A stretch of 64,000 bases of DNA from Oligoflexia bacterium (GTDB taxonomy: Bacteria; Bdellovibrionota; UBA1018): positions 1,408,001 through 1,472,000 of the forward strand of contig CAVWVI010000003.1 in assembly GCA_963758495.1 (NCBI GenBank), given 5' to 3'. Of the stretch, positions 22,423-31,845 are shown one piece after another. Each line of letters starts with the position of its first letter. The stretch's first letter is position 1. A model generated the notes under the pieces. That model saw only the letters and a list, made by a program, of their open reading frames with translations, made no database searches and was not told the DNA's origin. The position numbers and the translations under genes are program-made.

Positions 22423-22773
22423 ATGGAACACGAAACTACCCAAAAAGAGCGAAATATTGCAGTGATCATGCACCTTAGCCCTCTCATGGGAGTCCTCATA
22501 CCCTTACTTGGATTCATTATTCCTATTGGACTATGGTATTTCAAAAAAGAGGAGTCTGAATTTATCAACGAAAGAGGAAAAGAAATCTTCAACTTCATGA
22601 TTACTGCTCTCATTGAAACCGCGGTTTCAATGGGGCTTACCTTCATCTTAATTGGTTATCTTTTCCTGTATTTAATCGGTCTGTATGTCGTCATTTTCTC
22701 TATCATTGCCGCTCTAAGAACCAGCGAAGGCGAAGAATACCGATACCCTTTCATCATAAGATTAATTAAATAA
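22423..22773 (+). CDS. DUF4870-like small membrane protein
   Basis: ER..A..MHLS...P..LW...GKE.FNF...YRYPF.IRLIK pattern with 3 TMs. Confidence 0.8.
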   Translation: MEHETTQKERNIAVIMHLSPLMGVLIPLLGFIIPIGLWYFKKEESEFINERGKEIFNFMITALIETAVSMGLTFILIGYLFLYLIGLYVVIFSIIAALRTSEGEEYRYPFIIRLIK

Positions 22774-22811
22774 TATCAATTAAATTAGGTACTTATTTTA
22801 TTTTTAAAGAA

Positions 22812-22850
22812 TAAGAAGCACCCTGTTCTTTTCGAAAAAGGTGCTTCTTA
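22812..22850. terminator. Hairpin between convergent genes, probable bidirectional terminator
   Basis: TAAGAAGCACC ... GGTGCTTCTTA 11-bp inverted repeat. Confidence 0.55.
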
Positions 22851-22857
22851 CCTGATT

Positions 22858-24435
22858 TTACATCAAAGGACTACTCGACTGATTTTTATCAGCCAACTGC
22901 TTCGCCCCCGTATCGAGATTCTCATGGAAAGCATTATAGATTTCCGACAGATCTTCCACAGTCATCGTAATTGTGGAACCTGCCTTACAACTATCGAGCT
23001 GTGAAACCTTGACTTTCAGAGAAACTAAACCGGAGTTTCCAATCATTTGCTCTCTTTGGATCATGTCTCCTACTTCCAGGATACAGCTTCCATTGGAACC
23101 ATTATCATAGGTCTTGCCGGAATTACTCGATACCAAGAAAACATACCGATCGTCTTTAAGGGCTGCCTCAAATCCTGTATTCATCGGAGTGCTATTCTGT
23201 CGATCCTGTGTAACCTGCTCAACCTGACTTGCCAGTTGATCCTGGACCTCCTGATTCACTGCTGTGGAACCTGAAGCCTGGTTTGAAACATCCGCGGCTG
23301 CCTGGGCAGTTTCCGCCGCAGCTCGGGCGGAATCGGAAGCAGCCTGTGCCGCTTGCGCAGCTTCAGCGTCTACCTGAGCCCGGATTTGCTGAGCTTCTTC
23401 TTCAGACTCAGCCGCCGATACTCGATCAGCATTCGCCTGCCTAGCAGCTTCTCTCGCTGCTTCAAGCCTGGACTCCCAGGCCACTTCCAAATTGGAGGCG
23501 ATAATCCAATCCACTAGAGCATAGCTAGGACGATAGTAGTTTCTGGCCCAGTATCCATAAGGACGCCAGTACCATCCCGAATAGTGATGGTACCAACCAT
23601 AAGAAGGCCAAGGGTTATTATTCCAATAGTTATATCCCCAAATTGGATTATAGGGATTGCCGTAACCCCCGCCAAAAAGGGCAAATTCAAACGCACCGAA
23701 AACTAATGAGCTTTCATAAAATCGAAGGGGTGAATGCCAGTATTGGCAGCCAAAACTCCCGTAGCTTCGATTGAACGACAAATTGCCGTTGATCAAACTA
23801 CTATGATACGAATAATTTCGAACTACGATCGATTGATTATTCCGAATCACGATTTTTTCGTTGAAGGTCTGATTGCCGCGCTGGACTGTCCGGCTTCCGT
23901 CAGCATGATAATTGATTTTCGTACCCCCATAAGCTTCCGAAGTCGGCTTCCCGGCAGAATCAAAAGAAGTCGTTCTTCCTCCCGAATGCACCACTTGCGA
24001 ACCATCCTGATGCACCACGGTTCTCGATCCATCTGCGTAGTGGCGAACTTCGCCCCCTCTCGGTAATGGCTCAACGTGATGAGGTGCGGAAGCGGGTGGG
24101 GCTGGTGGATTATGTGCCACCGGTGGGTTGTGTGGCCCGGAAGGTTGTCCGGGAGGATTGTGAACTACGGGCGGATTAACGTGTGAAGGTGGGTTAACAT
24201 GCGGAGGATTAATATGCGGGGGTGGGTTAACGTGGGGTGGCGGATTAATGTGCGGTGGCGGATTGACGTGTGGAGGTGGATTAATGTGCGGGGGTGGGTT
24301 GACGTGTGGAGGTGGATTAAAATGCGGCATTGAGCCTCCTCCCCCAAAGTGAGGCATCGCCAAAGTGGAGGAAGTGCCACCTAGCAAATTGGCAATGATC
24401 AATAGACCGAAAGCTTGGATTGATGTGAATTTCAT
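22858..24435 (-). CDS. Secreted protein with H(V/I)NPPP repeats, Tyr/Trp/Gly-rich segment and Ala-rich coiled coil
   Basis: Likely start MKFTSIQAFGLL with signal peptide; the ORF track extends to 24561. Confidence 0.8.
   Translation of the reverse strand: MKFTSIQAFGLLIIANLLGGTSSTLAMPHFGGGGSMPHFNPPPHVNPPPHINPPPHVNPPPHINPPPHVNPPPHINPPHVNPPSHVNPPVVHNPPGQPSGPHNPPVAHNPPAPPASAPHHVEPLPRGGEVRHYADGSRTVVHQDGSQVVHSGGRTTSFDSAGKPTSEAYGGTKINYHADGSRTVQRGNQTFNEKIVIRNNQSIVVRNYSYHSSLINGNLSFNRSYGSFGCQYWHSPLRFYESSLVFGAFEFALFGGGYGNPYNPIWGYNYWNNNPWPSYGWYHHYSGWYWRPYGYWARNYYRPSYALVDWIIASNLEVAWESRLEAAREAARQANADRVSAAESEEEAQQIRAQVDAEAAQAAQAASDSARAAAETAQAAADVSNQASGSTAVNQEVQDQLASQVEQVTQDRQNSTPMNTGFEAALKDDRYVFLVSSNSGKTYDNGSNGSCILEVGDMIQREQMIGNSGLVSLKVKVSQLDSCKAGSTITMTVEDLSEIYNAFHENLDTGAKQLADKNQSSSPLM
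24170..24327 (-). repeat. 18-bp-period coding repeat (about 9 units of H[V/I/F]NPP[P])
   Basis: PHFNPPPHVNPPPHINPPPHVNPPPHINPPPHVNPPPHINPPHVNPPSHVNPP with synonymous codon variation. Confidence 0.9.
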
Positions 24436-24651
24436 TCGTTTTACCTGTTTTACCTTTGCTTTTGATTCGAGAATTTCGACTGACTGTGACTGGAATGACG
24501 CGTGAGTTCGAGAAAGCCCCCCTTTCTTCAGTTGCGCGTCAATATTTGCCGCTCGTCGCAAATTGTCAAAGGTAAAATAACGCTCGATGACAAGTTTATT
24601 TAGTGTCGCTTCGTGAGTTTCTGGGTCGAAGCTTTCGATAGTGGAGAAGAC

Positions 24652-26133
24652 TCAGAAATCCGATGAAATCCGAGGACGAGACAATACCTCATCCGCGTAC
24701 TTAAAAAACTGCCCCAAACCTTGATCGTTTTCCTTATTAACATTAAGGTGTCCATACCATCTGACCTTTTCTTCTCTGTCAGACATGAACTCTTTTCCTA
24801 GTTTTCCAAAAAATTTTCCCAAAGGACGTCCTAGTTCAGAACGGGTATCAAAAAGCGCCATTTCCCAGGGATGGTTCCAAGATCGTATCCTTTTTTCAAT
24901 TTTTTCAAGTTCTTCTTTTGATAGCTGGCTCAAGAACAACTCGGGGTTGAGGTCATCCATATCGTGAATCAAAGCATTATGACGAAACCGATCTCTTAAT
25001 TTTTCAACATTGCGCTCCGGACCATATGAATTCTTCAGCCATTGGATAAATTGATCAGCAAGCAAATCCTTCGGCTGTCCACCAAAAACAGGTGGATCGT
25101 ACTCAAATCCATAGGGTGCCCAAATGTACCCTCCATACTCATACCCCATACCGTATTCGTAACCAGTCCAGGCTTTAAGGGTTATTTGTGCATTAGGATT
25201 TTCTGTAAACTTTCGTAGAAGTTCGATATTGGCCATCATGAATTTGGCGGTAAGTCCTGCTCCCCTCAGCGAACGATCTTTCATGAAAATCTGCTCAATA
25301 CAAAGGTGAGGAAATCCTCCCCCAATCAGAGTCATTTCTGCCATTCCAGCAAAATCACCCTTTTGATTTTTAAAGCGAAGTGAAAGTTTCATGGATTCAA
25401 TTGGCCAGCCTTTTTCTGGACTTCTTCGAGTGATCTCCACTTGCGTTGACCCTGTTTCCAAGAGATTTTGGAATATTTTATCTATCACTTCTTGAGTCAA
25501 GTGTTCAACATGGGCTATCAGTGAATGTATTAAAGAGTGGTTATTGTCATTGTCTCGCTTTTGCTTGATTTTGCTTAATTCAGCGTTGATTCCACCGTTT
25601 TTAGATCCCACGATACCCATGGAATCCGTGAGACACTCCGTCTCAGCTTTTTGCTCCTGGTGTGAGCGGTTTGAAATAACGTGCTCGAGAGCATTGAGTG
25701 CTATCTCCGTGAGCACCTTTTCGTAATCCACATGAGGAGCGTCCCCAATGTGTTCTAAACCTCGCCAGATCTCACCATAGAGTTTGATGAGTTCGATTTT
25801 ATCAGTCATTTCTTTGAGCTGATTCGTGGGCTGATGAGTGGCCTCATGAGTTCCTTTGCTCTTCAGTTCTTCATATTGCTCTTCAGCCTTTTTCCTCAAA
25901 ACGTCGATCTGACTTGCGGATTTCTCAAGAGCAAACGAGACGATTCTTTTTTTGGCTTCATCTGAACGCACATTCGGAATATAACAGGCTGCGTACGCAA
26001 CATTGTCCCGAACGTATGTTTTAGCTTCTTCAAGTGGATTGTTTGCAAAACTAGCAATTGGAATAAAAATGGAAACAAAAACGAAAAATGTAGCCTCTAC
26101 GCACCACCTTAAACCCCATTTAGTATCCAGCAT
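24652..26133 (-). CDS. Secreted hypothetical protein with possible GNAT-like C-terminal domain
   Basis: Signal peptide (ASFA); LRGAGL acetyl-CoA-loop-like motif followed by ITLKA...GGYIWAPYGF. Confidence 0.6.
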   Translation of the reverse strand: MLDTKWGLRWCVEATFFVFVSIFIPIASFANNPLEEAKTYVRDNVAYAACYIPNVRSDEAKKRIVSFALEKSASQIDVLRKKAEEQYEELKSKGTHEATHQPTNQLKEMTDKIELIKLYGEIWRGLEHIGDAPHVDYEKVLTEIALNALEHVISNRSHQEQKAETECLTDSMGIVGSKNGGINAELSKIKQKRDNDNNHSLIHSLIAHVEHLTQEVIDKIFQNLLETGSTQVEITRRSPEKGWPIESMKLSLRFKNQKGDFAGMAEMTLIGGGFPHLCIEQIFMKDRSLRGAGLTAKFMMANIELLRKFTENPNAQITLKAWTGYEYGMGYEYGGYIWAPYGFEYDPPVFGGQPKDLLADQFIQWLKNSYGPERNVEKLRDRFRHNALIHDMDDLNPELFLSQLSKEELEKIEKRIRSWNHPWEMALFDTRSELGRPLGKFFGKLGKEFMSDREEKVRWYGHLNVNKENDQGLGQFFKYADEVLSRPRISSDF

Positions 26134-26349
26134 CTAACTTACCCCATATTTACATTAGAATGAATTGAACTTTTGATCTCGGAGATCCATATCTCATATA
26201 TAAATTTATCATATATATTAACTTCTTATCCAATCCTATTTTCTGAAAACCCTTTACGATAGGCTCAGATTTCGCTAGAATTATTTCTAGCCAAGCAAGC
26301 CACTCGACACAAACCGGTTTTTTATCCACCTGCTAGTACGGAGTTAGAA

Positions 26350-27288
26350 ATGAGAAATATCTTTAAGAATAACACCAAAAAAGCCATCCCAGCATTGCTC
26401 TTACTGTTTCTCAGCAGCTCCATATTCGCCGGAGGTGGCAGCAGCGAAAATGAGGCAAAGCATATTTACACCCCAGGTGAATGGGGCTTCTCTTCGGATC
26501 ACTTGCCAATTGGAGCTAAAATTCAACTAGGTCAGGACTCTGTACGCATCGCTAGTTTCAACGTGCTCAACGAAAACTTCAAAAAGTCGATCAAAGCAGG
26601 ACAGAAGCTGGAGGGAAGTACTTTAGATCAACTATCCGAGGACGAGCGGAACAAGGAAAATCTGAATATCATCATTTATTCTATGAACCATGACAAGGTA
26701 GGAATTTTTTGCCTTCAAGAAGTGAATTCAAAATTCTTCAACTTACTATCCAATGCTTTGGACTCCACTCAATACGCGATCAAGCGTGCGCAAAGCGGAA
26801 CTAAAGATGACTACGGTCTGATCATCTATGACAAAACTAGATTTGAGGAAAACACGACTCAAGAGGACTGGGAAAAAATCGAGGCCTACTCCGGTAAAGA
26901 GGGTAAGAAGAATAAATACATTCATGATCTTTCTCTCATTCATAAGAAAGGGCATGAAATATTCCATTTCATTAATACCCACGCGGAATTTCAAGAAGGA
27001 GATCATCTGGCTCAATACCTCAATCGAGTCAATGGCCCTGTTGTAGCAATGGGGGACTTAAACCTTGGCTTTCATACAAAAACGCCGAAGACCCATATTG
27101 AACATGACCTTATGCAACAATTACCGCACTACCACTTGCTGAAGGACCACTCTACCTATACTCATGTGAGTACGGATCAGAATCTGGATGTATTTGACCA
27201 TATTCTTTACAAAGACCTGACGATCTTGCCCGATCCAGAATTAGTTCAATCTATGCGTAAAACATTTACTCTTAAAAATAGAAATTAA
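26350..27288 (+). CDS. Secreted endonuclease/exonuclease/phosphatase (EEP) family protein
   Basis: IASFNV, FCLQEV, INTH, MGDLN, FDHILY, SSDHLPI (the last near the N-terminus); signal peptide. Confidence 0.85.
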   Translation: MRNIFKNNTKKAIPALLLLFLSSSIFAGGGSSENEAKHIYTPGEWGFSSDHLPIGAKIQLGQDSVRIASFNVLNENFKKSIKAGQKLEGSTLDQLSEDERNKENLNIIIYSMNHDKVGIFCLQEVNSKFFNLLSNALDSTQYAIKRAQSGTKDDYGLIIYDKTRFEENTTQEDWEKIEAYSGKEGKKNKYIHDLSLIHKKGHEIFHFINTHAEFQEGDHLAQYLNRVNGPVVAMGDLNLGFHTKTPKTHIEHDLMQQLPHYHLLKDHSTYTHVSTDQNLDVFDHILYKDLTILPDPELVQSMRKTFTLKNRN

Positions 27289-27371
27289 ATGCATTGAAAA
27301 TGCTTGGCTATAATTCACCCTATTAAAATTAACACAACTCCTATAACAGAAAATAAGTGTAGGGTGGCCCC

Positions 27372-28109
27372 ATGAAAGAAGAAAAAAATCATCAACACCG
27401 AGTCATTTTAGTTTCAGGAGCAAATAAAGGAATTGGATTTGAGCTATGCCGACAATTTGCACAAAAAGGGCTCTCCGTGATCTTGACAGCCCGAGACTCA
27501 GATCGAGGAAATGCCGCAGTCAATCGACTTAAAAAGGAGAGCCTCACCACTATTTTCTGTCCACTCGATGTCAGCGACGATTCTTCCGTCGATCAGTGCT
27601 TTCAGTTTGTGAAAGAAAAATTCGGGCGCTTAGACTATCTGGTAAATAATGCAGGAGTCCTCTTTGATTCAATGAGTAATCCGCAAAACCATGGCAGCGC
27701 ATCCATCCTCAAGACCAACCTCGACGTCATTCGTAAATCCATTGAAATCAATACCTTCGGAGCGATCCGCATGGCTCAACATTTTGCTCCACTGATGTTA
27801 AATAATAAATTTGGCCGTATTATAAACATCTCCAGTGGAATGGCGCAATTGAGCGAAATGAATGGTGGTTGGCCCGGATATAGAATCAGCAAAGTTGCTT
27901 TGAATGCTGTCACCCGAATGTTAGCAGATGAACTCTCAAGCACTCCTATTACTGTCGTGTCTGTTTGTCCCGGCTGGGTAAAAACCGATATGGGAGGTCC
28001 GCAAGCTGAGATTCCTGTTCAAGAGGCCGCAGAGCATATTGTACGAACGATGCTGGAATTCAATAACACGGGAGAGTTCGTTCGATTTAATAAACAGATT
28101 GATTGGTGA
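27372..28109 (+). CDS. Short-chain dehydrogenase/reductase (carbonyl reductase-like)
   Basis: SGANKGIG, NNAG, YRISK, VCPGWVKTDMGG. Confidence 0.93.
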   Translation: MKEEKNHQHRVILVSGANKGIGFELCRQFAQKGLSVILTARDSDRGNAAVNRLKKESLTTIFCPLDVSDDSSVDQCFQFVKEKFGRLDYLVNNAGVLFDSMSNPQNHGSASILKTNLDVIRKSIEINTFGAIRMAQHFAPLMLNNKFGRIINISSGMAQLSEMNGGWPGYRISKVALNAVTRMLADELSSTPITVVSVCPGWVKTDMGGPQAEIPVQEAAEHIVRTMLEFNNTGEFVRFNKQIDW

Positions 28110-28157
28110 ATTTTTGAGTGCTTCCATTAATATATACTTAAATAAAACCTCAAAAAA

Positions 28158-29333
28158 CTATAAGTCCATTTCACGTAACAGCTTTTGTATCGGCAAAACC
28201 CAGGTGTCTTCAATTCTCTTTTCCTGATCGTCCATCGTAACAACGACAGGTGTGTAATTCTCCCCAATATACCGGGAGAATTCGCGTAGGGGTCGTATGT
28301 CTCCTGCGGTCAGATTTGAACTCGCTTTAACTTCGATTGCCCAGACATGGTTCCTAAGCTTTATTATGAAATCAATTTCGAGCCCTCCTCGGGTCCTAAA
28401 ACTGGAAATTTCGATTCGCTCATCCTTGGACTGGGCCGACTGTATCAGTTGGTTAAACACCAAATGCTCCGCCAGTAATCCAATTCGATCAGATGATGCA
28501 ACAAAATTTCCAAGGATTCCATTGAGGACCCCCTGATCGAAAAAGAAGAATTTAGGGTGTTTTACTAAATCTGCGCCTTCAGTATAAGTACACGGGAGAA
28601 CTTTACGCGCTACCAAAGTGTCTTCAAGAATCTCAAAAAATCTGACACACGATTGGCGAGAGACTCGAGCTTTGGTGGATACCTTGCTCAAATCAAGAAC
28701 TTTGCCTGAGTTTTCAGCAGCGACAAAAATAAAGCGTGAGAACCCCTCAAGGTTACGGGTAAGTGCTTCGGCTTGGATTTCTTCAGTTAAATAGGTTGCA
28801 GCATAGCTCTCAAGTAACTTTTCCTGAAATTTCCTTTCGTTTGATAAATAAGGTTCAGGAAGAAATCCCATTTCCAGCCCTTTTTTTATATCAACATTAT
28901 ATTTTAATTCATTCCCGGCCAACGGGCCAAGTTGAAAGGTAAAAATTCTACCGGGAAGAAGATTTGCTCCTCCTCGCCGTAATTTTCGAGCACTGGAGCC
29001 TGAAAGAAAGAATTTTAGATTTCCCCACTTATCAGGTCGATCTAAGAGACTTTGAACTGTATTCAGCAGAGTTGTTAATTTTTGAACTTCATCAATAAAA
29101 ACAGTGAACTGCTGCTCAAATTTCCCGCCACCAGGAAGAAATGCTTTCAACTTCTGCTCAAGCAACCCAGGATTACTAGAAAATGCCAAATATTCCGATT
29201 GATTAGCAAGATTAATCTCTAAATCAGGCGACAGTGTGCGGATTAACGTGGACTTCCCTACTTGGCGTGGACCGAGTAAAAGAACACTTTTTGGAGAAGC
29301 TTCAAGACTTTTAGATATCAATCTGTTAAGCAT
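28158..29333 (-). CDS. AAA_14 ATPase with DUF4143 (PD-(D/E)xK-like) C-terminus
   Basis: GPRQVGKST, IDEVQ, LSGSSARKL, LPGR, EIDF...AIEVK. Confidence 0.9.
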   Translation of the reverse strand: MLNRLISKSLEASPKSVLLLGPRQVGKSTLIRTLSPDLEINLANQSEYLAFSSNPGLLEQKLKAFLPGGGKFEQQFTVFIDEVQKLTTLLNTVQSLLDRPDKWGNLKFFLSGSSARKLRRGGANLLPGRIFTFQLGPLAGNELKYNVDIKKGLEMGFLPEPYLSNERKFQEKLLESYAATYLTEEIQAEALTRNLEGFSRFIFVAAENSGKVLDLSKVSTKARVSRQSCVRFFEILEDTLVARKVLPCTYTEGADLVKHPKFFFFDQGVLNGILGNFVASSDRIGLLAEHLVFNQLIQSAQSKDERIEISSFRTRGGLEIDFIIKLRNHVWAIEVKASSNLTAGDIRPLREFSRYIGENYTPVVVTMDDQEKRIEDTWVLPIQKLLREMDL

Positions 29334-29586
29334 ATGGACAAATTTACATACTTTTTAGCCAAAAAGCTATCGACTTGCATGTTTTTTTATAGCTTCAGGT
29401 ATGTTTTAAGTATTCAGAGGAAGCTTGACGTCCTCCCCTGCCTAAAGGCTGGCCTTGCGGCCACCTGCCCAACGCAGGAGGGGATTCCCTTAAGCGACTT
29501 TCGTCGCTCTTAGCGACAATGTAAGAAAGCAACGTCCCCTCAGAGCTGCGGTACTAAGACCGTAAGCTTTGTGGGCTAATCGCTCA

Positions 29587-31228
29587 ATGGGCCTCAATCT
29601 GGGGAGTGGTATAATAGAAACTGCTTCGTAAAGTAGTTTCAACCAGTCTAACCAGCGTGCCAAGGAGGGAACGTTGTTATGAACTATTATATTGGAATGG
29701 ATGCACATGCAGCAACAACAACCGTCGCAGTCGTGGATGAAAAAGGGAAAAATATTGATCGCCAAAATTTTGCCACTACAGAGGCAAATTTACTTGGATT
29801 CATAAGAAAGATTAAGGGGAAGAAGTTCCTGACATTTGAAGAAATGCATCTGGCTCAGTGGTTGTATATCATACTAAAAAAAGAGGTAGATCACCTGGTA
29901 GTTTGTAATCCTGTTTATGTAGCTGAAAAACAGGGAGCAAAAACAGACTTTAGAGATGCTCTACATTTAGCTCAGGAACTTAGAACGGGGCATTTGGTTG
30001 CCGTTTATCATGATGAAAGTCACTGGATCCAGCTGAGGGTTCTAGTGTACGGCTATTTGGCCTTAGTAGAAGAAATCATTCGAACTAAGAATAGACTGAA
30101 GGCAGTATTTAGATCCGAGGCGATCGATACATCACAAACAGATTTTTATGAAAAAACGAGAGACCGATTAAAAGAACTGTCTCATGAGAGTGCACGGTTT
30201 GTTGCTGAGAATCTTTATTGGCAGATTGATGGTTTAGAGAAAAGAAAACGAGAATACCGTGAGGTTCTTCAGCGTAATTCTAAAAAATATAAACCTATTA
30301 AAAATCTCATGACTATTCCCGGGATTAGTACGGTTCGAGCAAGTATTATCACAGCTGTAGTTTGCACACCGCACCGTTTTAAGAATAAACACCAATTCTG
30401 GGCTTATTGTATGTTGGCAAGACATATCCAAATGAGTGATGGAAAAATCTATGGAAATAAAAAAATTCATGGAAGGGCAGATCTAAAAGAAGTTTTTTTA
30501 GGAGCAGCCGAAAGTGCAATGAGAAGTGAAGGGTTCTTACGAAATTATTACGAAGAACAAAGAAAAGAGATTCCTTATCAGGACGCTAAAAGGGCTCTAG
30601 CTAGAAAAATTGCGGCACTCAGTATAGCCCTTCTTAAGAATAATGGAACTTATCAAGATGACTATGAAAAGCAACAAGAGGAGAAAGCTCAATTTCGTAA
30701 AATGCTAAATAAAGACGTTTGAAAACATTTCAAGTAATCTGATTACGCATGGAAAATAGGCGTATCCTGAAGACCGAATTTGTTCCTCCTTGTAGGACGT
30801 TCAAACTGAAGGTCAGTGGAAGATCTCTGGAAGGGATACTGATTGCTTGGGATGGGGGATGAGGCCCATTAGGAAGCGTGGTCGTCTAACGATAAGACAG
30901 GCCCAAAGGTAGCGACTGGCACGCCCCCGTATTATATCCAAAATTGTCATGGCACGGGCTGTATTCAAAAATACGTATTGTTCGGTCGACGATTTTTTCA
31001 CAGGCGAATGAAGGCGTGTTTAAACGGACTTTCTATTTAGACAATTGAAAAGCAATCATAAAAAAGTGGTCCCTCTATTGAAGATCGTATTTGCGTCGAT
31101 TTCACTTACGAATCAGATTCTGAGCTAGTGCGGAGTCCAGGGACGCCAGCGTTGATCATTAAAATATCAACAAAGGTGATTGGAGATGTGTATCAAAAAT
31201 CGCTTGCTTTCTTACAGGCACTTTCGAT
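29587..31228 (+). mobile_element. IS110-family insertion sequence with short left end and about 500-nt structured right end; exact ends uncertain by about 15 nt
   Basis: Transposase ORF; TATAAT at 29610 and TTGCTT at 31204; the flanks GGGCTAATCGC (29573-83) and GTGATTAGTCC (31230-40) re-form a stem when the element is removed. Confidence 0.75.
29679..30722 (+). CDS. IS110 family (DEDD/RuvC-like) transposase/recombinase
   Basis: YIGMDAH, FEE, KTDFRDA, LMTIPGI, F..YCML...SDGK, ALARKIA; SD AGGAGG. Confidence 0.93.
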   Translation: MNYYIGMDAHAATTTVAVVDEKGKNIDRQNFATTEANLLGFIRKIKGKKFLTFEEMHLAQWLYIILKKEVDHLVVCNPVYVAEKQGAKTDFRDALHLAQELRTGHLVAVYHDESHWIQLRVLVYGYLALVEEIIRTKNRLKAVFRSEAIDTSQTDFYEKTRDRLKELSHESARFVAENLYWQIDGLEKRKREYREVLQRNSKKYKPIKNLMTIPGISTVRASIITAVVCTPHRFKNKHQFWAYCMLARHIQMSDGKIYGNKKIHGRADLKEVFLGAAESAMRSEGFLRNYYEEQRKEIPYQDAKRALARKIAALSIALLKNNGTYQDDYEKQQEEKAQFRKMLNKDV

Positions 31229-31659
31229 TGTGATTAGTCCTGCATGATCTTTGACAACTTCACGTTGCTTGGATTGAGCCGGACCTTCGCTAACGGATAG
31301 CGCCGATGTTTTACCAACTAAATAAAGCTACACACTCAGAGGCGCTAAGCACGCCCTAAAAAATGCTGCAGGGGACCTACAGGGAGCACTCCCTTGTCTA
31401 ATTTCACTGCCTAGAGGCGGAGGTGATGCCAAATTCTGGGCGCACGAAGGCCCTTCCATCCCCATCGAGGGGAACAGAAACAAAAATTTCTTCTAAAAAT
31501 GACCTGTTTTTAAAGTGTCTGATTCAAAATGCGGATTTGGGTTCCAAATAAATCGACCCGATTCCAAACGCAAGCCGAACTTGCGTACTCACAAATAAAA
31601 AACCCCGCATATTATCAAGGGGTTACCATTTTTAAAGCTTCAACAATCATCATTTAATT

Positions 31660-31736
31660 TGGAGCGGGCGAAGGGGCTCGAACCCTCGACCTCAAGCTTG
31701 GGAAGCTCGCACTCTAGCCAACTGAGCTACACCCGC
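31660..31736 (-). tRNA. tRNA-Gly (CCC) with encoded CCA
   Basis: GCGGGTGTAGCTCAGTTGGCTAGAGTGCGAGCTTCCCAAGCTTGAGGTCGAGGGTTCGAGCCCCTTCGCCCGCTCCA folds into a cloverleaf with anticodon CCC. Confidence 0.96.
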
Positions 31737-31845
31737 GTTGGGTATGAACCCTACTGCAGTTCCTTTCCAAAATCAACAACTTACATCTCAACGCCGCATC
31801 AGTCTACAATTTGCTCATTAACCCACTCTTTGATATGTTTACCCA

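Larger units (their letters stand above)
29425..31436 (-). mobile_element. Non-autonomous IS200/IS605-type element (about 370 bp once the IS110 is removed) with TnpB-type right end
   Basis: Minus strand ends GGAATCCCCTCC...AGGCAGGGGAGGACGTCAA, i.e. GAAT guide, hairpin and TCAA cleavage motif as in IS608-type right ends. Weaker left-end-like hairpin near 31400-31435; no tnpA or tnpB; left boundary approximate. Confidence 0.6.

Noticed and set aside
31246..31258. boxA-like GATCTTTGACAAC
   Set aside because: No rRNA operon or co-oriented gene follows; too short to support alone.
22400..31660. Prophage or integrative island at the tRNA-Gly 3' end
   Set aside because: Accessory genes lie downstream of the tRNA, but I found no integrase, phage genes or duplicated tRNA 3' end.
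31687..31696. tRNA-Gly shares CTTGAGGTCG with the palindrome arm (possible att link)
   Set aside because: Only 10 nt, matches one variant only, no integrase present, and the palindrome is explained by ORF6N codons.
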